Assembly: GCA_021650915.1 (NCBI GenBank)
Contig: CP091279.1
Coordinates: 2,610,001 to 2,642,000 of the forward strand
Length of the DNA: 32,000 nucleotides
Direction: 5' to 3'
Source of the DNA: Candidatus Brocadia sp.
GTDB taxonomy: Bacteria > Planctomycetota > Brocadiia > Brocadiales > Brocadiaceae
Shown: one piece after another, positions 25,586 through 32,000 of the stretch
How positions within the stretch are numbered: position 1 is the stretch's first letter
Layout: every line of letters begins with the position of its first letter
The notes under the pieces: generated by a model
The model's input: only the letters and a program-made list of their open reading frames with translations
Databases searched by the model: none
Told to the model about the DNA's origin: nothing
Position numbers and translations under genes: made by a program

Positions 25586-26353
25586 TTATATCAAACACTC
25601 TGCTGCGGCTATTGCAACCCGGATCACATTCTCTTCTCCGGCCTTCAGCGCCTCTTTTGTTATCTTTCCCGTGCCACCCCTGTTTACCACTCCTGTTATA
25701 CAGCCACCTCTGAGTCCCATGGAAGCCGTAAGGGTCAGGACGGTTGATGATTCCATCTCGTAGTTCAGCACGTGGAGCCTTTGCCATTCGTTCGTTGACC
25801 CCTGAAATCTCTTCAGAACATATTTCGTAAACGAATCGTTTCGCTCCTCACCCGGATAAAAGGTATCGGAAGAGGCCGTCACGCCCACGTGATACGGCGC
25901 ATTCGTCTTCTTTGCCCCTTCAATAAGGGCATTGATGACCTCATGATGGGCGACCGCCGGATATTCGATCGGCGCATAATGGGTCGACGCCCCGTCGAGA
26001 CGCACCGAGCCGGAGGTAATGATGACGTCTCCAATATTGATAAACTGCTGAATCGCCCCGGTTGTCCCCACCCGGAGGAATGTTTCTATTCCCAATTGTG
26101 CCAGTTCGTCAATGGCTATCGACGCCGATGGCCCCCCGATCCCGGTGGAAGTAACAAGGAGAGGCCTTCCGCCGATCTCCGCCAGGTAGGTGCAGAATTC
26201 CCGTTTCCAGGCCAATTTTTCATTCCCCGTTCGATAAATCCCTGAAATGGTTTCTGCAATAATTTGAGACCTGAAGGGGTCGCCGGGCAGCAATGCGATT
26301 TTTGCGCCTTGTATCTTTTTGCTATTAAGATCTAAGTGATATACCGTGTCCAT
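25586..26353 (-). CDS. udp: uridine phosphorylase (PNP/UDP family)
   Basis: Collinear with E. coli Udp as I recall it: STGIGGPSASIAIDELAQLGIETFLRVGTTGAIQ, VRLDGAS, VGVTASSDTFYPG and NYEMES. Confidence 0.88.
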   Translation of the reverse strand: MDTVYHLDLNSKKIQGAKIALLPGDPFRSQIIAETISGIYRTGNEKLAWKREFCTYLAEIGGRPLLVTSTGIGGPSASIAIDELAQLGIETFLRVGTTGAIQQFINIGDVIITSGSVRLDGASTHYAPIEYPAVAHHEVINALIEGAKKTNAPYHVGVTASSDTFYPGEERNDSFTKYVLKRFQGSTNEWQRLHVLNYEMESSTVLTLTASMGLRGGCITGVVNRGGTGKITKEALKAGEENVIRVAIAAAECLI

Positions 26354-26705
26354 TACGTACTTTTATATACTGATTCAGCCACCGTGTCAATGCCCTTGTG
26401 GGAGTTTTGTTTCAGAAGGAAACCAAACGGCAGCAATTTCGATTTTTATGCCATGATTTCATTGCGGCACGCGTTGGTTTCCGTTACGTACCGGTAACTT
26501 TGCCACAGAAAGAATCGTCGCCCATACACCGTGCGGCAACATCGCTATTATTGTCATTTCCCAAAAAAATGAAAGGGTTGCTTTTGTTTTAATGTGCGGC
26601 CATTCACCTTGAAATGGCTTGTTTTACTGCCACAGCGGACGGCATCCACGTGCGTTTTTTTGCACATCTTAATGCCATGCCAAGGATCTTATCATACAAA
26701 TCTTT

Positions 26706-26734
26706 TTGACTTTTTTAAAAAATACCTCTATAAT
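26706..26734 (+). promoter_or_regulatory. near-consensus sigma70 promoter directly abutting the nuoA start
   Basis: TTGACT at 26706..26711, a 17-nt spacer, and TATAAT at 26729..26734. The nuoA ATG is at 26744 and no Shine-Dalgarno lies between them. Confidence 0.5.
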
Positions 26735-26743
26735 GTGTTACAA

Positions 26744-27097
26744 ATGACACATTATTTACCTATACTCATATTATTTACTGTAGCTGTAGGATTTGCCGTA
26801 ACCAATATAGGGCTATCGGCAATTTTGGGAAGGCGCAAACCCACTGCAGAAAAGCTCTCGCCGTATGAATGTGGCATTGATCCGGTAGGTTCGGCGCGGG
26901 AGCGTTTTTCGGTAAAGTTTTATCTCATTGCCATGCTGTTTGTTATTTTTGACATTGAGGTGATTTTTCTTTATCCCTGGGCAGTGGCGTTTAAGTCGCT
27001 CAAGCTCTTTGGTTTTATTGAAATGCTCATTTTTCTTGGCATACTCCTTGTCTGTTATTTTTATCTCTGGAAAAAGGGGGGGTTGGAATGGGATTAG
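26744..27097 (+). CDS. nuoA: NADH-quinone oxidoreductase subunit A
   Basis: [41 protein letters not shown] used the internal start [10 protein letters not shown] (117 aa, the normal NuoA size) rather than the track start at 26594. Confidence 0.9.
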   Translation: MTHYLPILILFTVAVGFAVTNIGLSAILGRRKPTAEKLSPYECGIDPVGSARERFSVKFYLIAMLFVIFDIEVIFLYPWAVAFKSLKLFGFIEMLIFLGILLVCYFYLWKKGGLEWD

Positions 27098-27555
27098 AAA
27101 GTCATCTTGGTGATAATGTTCTTACCACAACCCTGACCACCATGGTGAACTGGGCGCGCAAGTCTTCTCTCTGGCCAATGCCCTTCGGGCTGGCCTGTTG
27201 TGCCATAGAAATGATGGCGGTAGTGGCTCCCCGCTATGATCTTGCGCGGTTTGGCGCTGAGGTCTTTCGCTTTTCACCGCGCCAGTCAGATCTGATGATC
27301 GTCGCCGGCACGCTTACTTACAAGATGGCGTCCGTAGCAAAAAAAATTTACGACCAGATGCCGGAACCGAAGTGGGTGATCGCCATGGGCGCCTGTGCGG
27401 TCTCCGGCGGCGTGTATAACACCTACAGCGTTGTTCAGGGCCTGGACCAGGTCATACCCGTGGATGTGTACCTTCCCGGATGCCCTCCCAGACCAGAGGC
27501 CTTGATCCATGCCATTATGGAGATACAGAAAAAGATTGAGAAGGAAGCGTTGTGA
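27088..27555 (+). CDS. nuoB: NADH-quinone oxidoreductase subunit B
   Basis: [24 protein letters not shown] and LPGCPPRPE. Confidence 0.95.
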   Translation: MGLESHLGDNVLTTTLTTMVNWARKSSLWPMPFGLACCAIEMMAVVAPRYDLARFGAEVFRFSPRQSDLMIVAGTLTYKMASVAKKIYDQMPEPKWVIAMGACAVSGGVYNTYSVVQGLDQVIPVDVYLPGCPPRPEALIHAIMEIQKKIEKEAL

Positions 27556-28062
27556 ATGCCAATGAAGAATGAAGAGATGACCACATTAATAAAAACAAGG
27601 TTTCCTGAGGCGATTGCGGGCGAGAACGTCTTTCGAAACGAGTTAACCCTTACCGTACGAAAGGACGCCGTTGCTGACGTTGCCCGGTTCCTTAAAGAGA
27701 ACGAGGAACTCGATTTTGATTTTCTCTCTGACCTGTGCGGAGTTGACCGGGTGGAAACCGACGATGTTTTTGAGGTGGTATACCACCTCTATTCTCTTTC
27801 AAAAAATCACCGCGTGCGTCTTAAGGCGTCTGTTCCGTCAGACGCTCCGCACCTGCCAACGGTAACGGGTGTCTGGAGCACGGCGAACTGGCATGAAAGG
27901 GAGACCTATGATATGTTTGGCGTTGCGTTTGATGGGCATCCGGACCTGCGAAAGATACTCACCCCTGATGACTTTGAGGGATATCCCTTACGGAAAGATT
28001 ATCCTTTAGACGGAAGACAACCAGCCACGCTCCGGGATATTTATCGAAAGGGTGAGGCGTGA
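27556..28062 (+). CDS. nuoC: NADH-quinone oxidoreductase subunit C
   Basis: ANWHERETYDMFGVAFDGHPDLRKIL and YPLRKDYPL. Confidence 0.95.
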   Translation: MPMKNEEMTTLIKTRFPEAIAGENVFRNELTLTVRKDAVADVARFLKENEELDFDFLSDLCGVDRVETDDVFEVVYHLYSLSKNHRVRLKASVPSDAPHLPTVTGVWSTANWHERETYDMFGVAFDGHPDLRKILTPDDFEGYPLRKDYPLDGRQPATLRDIYRKGEA

Positions 28063-29249
28063 CCGAGACAGCAACACCAACAACGACCCATCTGATGACG
28101 ATCAATATGGGTCCGCAACACCCCAGCACCCACGGTGTCCTGAGGCTTTTGCTGGAATTGGACGGAGAGGTGATCACCAGGGCGGTGCCGCATGTCGGAT
28201 TCCTCCACCGGGGGGTAGAAAAACTTGCAGAATACCGAACCTATCATCAGTGCATTCCTCTCACCGACCGGCTGGATTACGTTGCCCCTTTCTCAAATAA
28301 TCTGGCGTACGCCCTGGCCGTTGAGAAGCTGCTTGGCATTGAAGTCCCGGAAAGGGCGCAACACATCCGTGTGCTTCTCTGCGAGCTCACGCGGATTGCC
28401 TCCCACCTGTTGTGGCTTGCAACTCATGCGCTGGACATTGGCGCCATGACGGTGTTCTTCTATTGTTTCAGAGAGCGCGAGGCGATCTATGATATCTTTG
28501 AGATGGTTACAGGGGCGCGGATGCATACCTCCTATATCCGGGTGGGCGGCGTGTCGCGCGATTTGCCTGGCGGATTCACTGAGAAGACCCATAAGTTCAT
28601 CATGGAATTTCCCGACAGGATCAAGGAATACGAGACGCTCCTGACGGAGAATCCCATATGGAAAAAACGCACGGTTGGCGTGGGCGTTATTTCCGCCGAA
28701 GACGCCATTGACTATGGGCTCAGCGGTCCGAGCTTGCGGGGATCGGGAGTCAACTGGGATATCAGAAAGGCAGAACCCTATTCCCACTATGATAAATACC
28801 ATTTTGACGTCCCTTTGGGCAAGAACGGCGATGTCTATGACCGGTATCGCATACGGATTGAAGAGATGCGCCAGAGCAACAAGATCGTTCATCAGGCGCT
28901 CAATATCCTCCCCAGGGGAAACTTTCTTGCCCGGATACCAAACGTTACCCTGCCTCCGAAAGAGGACGTTGAAACGAATATGGAGTCGATGATTACTCAT
29001 TTTAAACTGATCACGGACGGCATCCATCCGCCGAAGGGGGAGGTGTATGCAAGCATTGAGGCGCCGAAGGGTGAGTTAGGCTTTTATCTGGTCAGCGATG
29101 GCTCCAGCCACCCGTACCGTCTCAAGATACGGCCGCCTTCGTTTGTCAATCTCGAGGCATTGCCGAAGATGATAGAAGGTCGTCTGCTTCCTGATGTCGT
29201 TGCGACGATTGGAAGCCTTGACATCGTTTTGGGAGAAATTGATCGTTAA
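28059..29249 (+). CDS. nuoD: NADH-quinone oxidoreductase subunit D
   Basis: NMGPQHPSTHGVLRL, GFLHRGVEKL and a C-terminal DIVLGEIDR. The GTG start overlaps the nuoC stop. Confidence 0.95.
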   Translation: MTETATPTTTHLMTINMGPQHPSTHGVLRLLLELDGEVITRAVPHVGFLHRGVEKLAEYRTYHQCIPLTDRLDYVAPFSNNLAYALAVEKLLGIEVPERAQHIRVLLCELTRIASHLLWLATHALDIGAMTVFFYCFREREAIYDIFEMVTGARMHTSYIRVGGVSRDLPGGFTEKTHKFIMEFPDRIKEYETLLTENPIWKKRTVGVGVISAEDAIDYGLSGPSLRGSGVNWDIRKAEPYSHYDKYHFDVPLGKNGDVYDRYRIRIEEMRQSNKIVHQALNILPRGNFLARIPNVTLPPKEDVETNMESMITHFKLITDGIHPPKGEVYASIEAPKGELGFYLVSDGSSHPYRLKIRPPSFVNLEALPKMIEGRLLPDVVATIGSLDIVLGEIDR

Positions 29250-29746
29250 TGGATATGACCCAAAAAGAATCGGCGCAAAATACCGCCCTGGATTTTACAA
29301 GAGTAGAGCAGGTACTGGAGAAGTATAAAAATGCCCGGGGGGCGCTTATCCCCATTTTGCAGTCCGTTCAGGGGCACTATGGGTATCTGCCGGAACCGGT
29401 TGTTGATCGTATTGCGGAACGACTGGGTATCAGCGTGCACGAAATCGTGGGGACGGCTACTTTTTACGCACAGTTCCATTTAAAACCACGCGGGCAGCAC
29501 ATCATCAAGGTTTGTTGTGGGACGGCATGCCACGTGAAAGGGGCAAAAAAGGTGCTGCAAAAAATCAGTGAAACCCTGGAAGTTTCGACTGGCATGACAA
29601 CCAAGGACAATGTGTTTACCCTGGAAGAAGTTGCCTGTTTGGGCGCTTGCTCCCTGGCGCCAGTCATCATGGTGGATGAAGATATCCATGGAAAACTGGC
29701 CCCCGATACGGTGAACACGGTTATAAAAGAGATAAAAGGGGCGTGA
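29249..29746 (+). CDS. nuoE: NADH-quinone oxidoreductase subunit E
   Basis: The [2Fe-2S] pattern VCCGTACHVKG...CLGACSLAPV is present. Confidence 0.95.
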   Translation: MDMTQKESAQNTALDFTRVEQVLEKYKNARGALIPILQSVQGHYGYLPEPVVDRIAERLGISVHEIVGTATFYAQFHLKPRGQHIIKVCCGTACHVKGAKKVLQKISETLEVSTGMTTKDNVFTLEEVACLGACSLAPVIMVDEDIHGKLAPDTVNTVIKEIKGA

Positions 29747-29798
29747 ATCTTCCCAGGGGTGTTTTTCAAAAAAATTTGTGTGTCAAGGTATGATACAC

Positions 29799-29891
29799 AG
29801 CGCGGCAAAGCTGCAACCACAAAGAACGCAAAGCGTTACACAAAGATCACAAAGAAAACCTTACAAAAAAAGAAGTTTTATGGAGTAATAC
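29799..29891. repeat. short member of the same non-autonomous element family as 24023..24240
   Basis: The left end AGCGCGGCAAAGCTGCAACCA matches AGCGCGGCACAGCCGCAACCA at 24024. The right end AAAAAAGAAGTTTTATGGAGTAATAC matches AAAAAAGAAGTTTTTATACAGTAATAC at 24238. The interior differs (a CACAAAGAACGCAAAG..CACAAAGATCACAAAG module). Confidence 0.6.
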
Positions 29892-30031
29892 CGTAATGTC
29901 ATGCAGGTTTAACGCATGACAAGCGGCGGGTGTCTATGTCCCCCCTCTCCTGTATATCAGTATTATGCAGGATTATACAGGCACGGATGGTGACCGATTT
30001 CAGGATGCATTAATTACGATTTCATTGCGAT

Positions 30032-31867
30032 ATGAATACCACTGAGCAAGAAAAACAGAACGACGGCAGGCCAAAGATCATCATCGGTATGGCCTCCTGT
30101 GGCTTAGGCGCAGGCGCCAGGAATGTGTTGAAAAGCATTGAACACGAACTGGAAAAGCAGAAACTTGGAGCGGACATCGTGCATACCGGATGCATCGGTA
30201 TGTGCGCGTATGAAGTGCTCGTCGACGTGCTTTTCCCGGGGCGCACCCGTGTTATCTACGGCAACGTAAAGGCCTCGATGGTCCCTGAAATATTGGGGGA
30301 ACACGTAGGGAAGGGAATGGCGGTGAAAAAATTCGTTATGGCGCAGATGTATCAGGGTGATACGACTGCCATCCCATATGAAGGGTTGCCTTTTTTTGAC
30401 GAACTGGAGATGAACAGGGGACAGAAAAAACAGATCCTGAGAAATTGCGGATATATTGATCCGGATAGTATCCATGAGTATATTGCGAGCGGCGGGTACA
30501 CGGCGCTCAGCAAGGCGCTTAAGACCATGACCCCGAAGACGGTGATTGACGAGATAAGCAAATCGGGGCTCAGAGGCCGGGGCGGCGGTGGTTTTCCAAC
30601 GGGAGAAAAATGGGCATCGTGCGCCAAGTATTCCGCTGATGAAAAATTTGTCATCTGCAATGCCGACGAAGGCGATCCGGGGGCATTTATGGATCGGAGT
30701 CTTCTGGAGGGCGACCCCCATGCCGTCTTAGAGGGTATGATTATTGCCGGGTACGCCATCAACGCCACGAGCGGCTACCTCTACGTCCGCGCAGAATATC
30801 CTTTGGCGGTGAAGCGATTAAAACATACCATTGAAGAGGCAAAAAAGCTTGGTTTTTTGGGGAAAAATATTCTCAATAGCGGTTATAACCTGGAAATTCT
30901 GATAAAAGAAGGGGCGGGCGCCTTTGTTTGTGGCGAATCTACCTCACTGCAAAACTCCATCGAAGGCAAACGGGGCATGCCCCGCACGAGGCCCCCGCAA
31001 TCGGTAGAGGCTGGGCTATGGGACAAGCCCACGTGCCTTAACAACGTCGAGACCTTTGCCAACGTCCCCTTTATTCTCAATAAAGGCGCCGACTGGTATG
31101 CAAAAATTGGCACGCAAAACAGCAAAGGAACAAAGATCTTTTCCCTGACCGGCAAGATCAAGAATGCAGGCCTCGTGGAAGTGCCGATGGGCACGACGAT
31201 CAGACAAATTGTCTTTGATATGGGCGGCGGCATTCCGAAAAGGAAAAAATTCAAGGCGGTGCAGATCGGAGGGCCTTCAGGCGGTTGTCTCCCTGAATCG
31301 CTCCTGGATTCACCGATCGATTACGAGTCGTTGCTGGGGGCCGGAGCCATGATGGGTTCCGGGAGTTTTGTGGTCGTTGACGATACCACCTGCATGGTAG
31401 AGATGGCCCGGTTCTTTATGAATTTCTGCGCCAATGAATCGTGCGGAAAATGTCCGCCCTGCAGGATTGGCACCACGCTTATGCTGGAAATCCTTACCCG
31501 CATTACCGTGGGCGAGGGAGAAGAGAAAGACCTGGAAGTGCTGGAGCAGATGAGTGATGAGATGAAGGTGATGTCCCTTTGCGGCCTTGGACAATCCGCT
31601 CCCAATCCGGTAAAATCCACCCTCCGGTATTTCCGGGATGAATACGTGGCGCATATCCGCGATAAAACGTGTCCGACCGCCACCTGCGTCGCCCTTCACA
31701 AGTATGAAGTTACTCCGGAAAAATGCACCCGATGCCAGGCATGCATTCGCAACTGCCCGGTCAAGGCAATCAGCGGCAACACAACGGAGGCGGCTTTTAT
31801 TGATAAAGAAAAGTGCATCAAGTGCAATCTCTGTTACGAAAAATGTAATTTCCTGGCAATAAAATAA
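30032..31867 (+). CDS. nuoF: NuoF-type NADH dehydrogenase flavoprotein subunit with extra N-terminal thioredoxin-like and C-terminal 2x[4Fe-4S] ferredoxin domains
   Basis: GLRGRGGGGFPTGEKW (FMN site), ICNADEGDPGAFMDR, ESCGKCPPCRIGT, and C-terminal CTRCQACIRNCP...CIKCNLCYEKC. It is 611 aa, against about 430-450 aa for a canonical NuoF. Confidence 0.9.
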   Translation: MNTTEQEKQNDGRPKIIIGMASCGLGAGARNVLKSIEHELEKQKLGADIVHTGCIGMCAYEVLVDVLFPGRTRVIYGNVKASMVPEILGEHVGKGMAVKKFVMAQMYQGDTTAIPYEGLPFFDELEMNRGQKKQILRNCGYIDPDSIHEYIASGGYTALSKALKTMTPKTVIDEISKSGLRGRGGGGFPTGEKWASCAKYSADEKFVICNADEGDPGAFMDRSLLEGDPHAVLEGMIIAGYAINATSGYLYVRAEYPLAVKRLKHTIEEAKKLGFLGKNILNSGYNLEILIKEGAGAFVCGESTSLQNSIEGKRGMPRTRPPQSVEAGLWDKPTCLNNVETFANVPFILNKGADWYAKIGTQNSKGTKIFSLTGKIKNAGLVEVPMGTTIRQIVFDMGGGIPKRKKFKAVQIGGPSGGCLPESLLDSPIDYESLLGAGAMMGSGSFVVVDDTTCMVEMARFFMNFCANESCGKCPPCRIGTTLMLEILTRITVGEGEEKDLEVLEQMSDEMKVMSLCGLGQSAPNPVKSTLRYFRDEYVAHIRDKTCPTATCVALHKYEVTPEKCTRCQACIRNCPVKAISGNTTEAAFIDKEKCIKCNLCYEKCNFLAIK

Positions 31868-31868
31868 A

Positions 31869-32000
31869 ATGAATATCATACAACTGGTTATTGATGACAA
31901 ACCCATCAGCGCCCCAGAGGGCACGAATGTCTTTCAGGCGGCGCTGGATAACGGCATTTACATTCCCGGCCTGTGCTATCATCCGAAGCTCTCACAATTC
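31869..32000 (+). CDS. nuoG: NuoG-type Fe-S subunit, N-terminal 2Fe-2S ferredoxin region (leaves the window)
   Basis: Hand translation gives MNIIQLVIDDKPISAPEGTNVFQAALDNGIYIPGLCYHPKLSQF. The ATG lies 2 nt after the nuoF stop. Confidence 0.8.
   Translation, partial: MNIIQLVIDDKPISAPEGTNVFQAALDNGIYIPGLCYHPKLSQF

Noticed and set aside
26594-26743. Upstream start for nuoA giving 167 aa
   Set aside because: NuoA proteins are about 120 aa. The extension has no NuoA similarity and would contain the consensus promoter.
1-32000. tRNA, rRNA, tmRNA or riboswitch candidates
   Set aside because: I scanned by eye for T-loop (GGTTCGAAT-like) and anticodon-stem patterns and for long structured leaders upstream of mgtC and copA. 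Nothing was convincing. A proper covariance-model scan (tRNAscan-SE or Infernal) is needed to be sure.

Overview
This is 32 kb of bacterial chromosome. The first 20 kb carries mostly minus-strand housekeeping genes: rsmB (partial), DUF116, fmt, def, rpsT, an HDAC-type deacetylase, ispF, a dynamin-like GTPase, ridA, DUF2141, an SDR epimerase, ogg, a GIY-YIG/exonuclease-like protein, a TPR lipoprotein, mgtC, copA and livH-M-G-F. From 20.46 to 25.59 kb there is a decayed accessory island of small toxin-antitoxin-type genes, their wrecks, and a dead IS1634/IS4-like element. After that come udp and the start of a complex I operon (nuoA-B-C-D-E-F and the first codons of nuoG). I saw no rRNA, tRNA or CRISPR array. 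Five observations stand out. (1) A truncated four-helix-bundle (23S-IVS-type) gene cassette, bounded by inverted CAACNAA heptamer arrays, sits exactly where livH breaks off, and a third heptamer copy lies in the island. (2) A 218-bp non-autonomous element is nested in the IS transposase gene, and removing it restores the reading frame. A shorter relative with the same ends sits in the nuoE-nuoF spacer. (3) Several families of short hairpin repeats occupy intergenic gaps. (4) One intact, uncharacterised three-gene module (an 81-aa protein, DUF6883 and DUF4926) survives among many dead TA modules. (5) copA and livG each carry a 1-nt frameshift in a G/C homopolymer, and there is a hypF relic. All family names come from reading the translations and recalling family motifs; no search was run. 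The taxon cannot be fixed without a search. The gene content and hairpin repeats remind me of Planctomycetota/anammox-type genomes, but that is only an impression.
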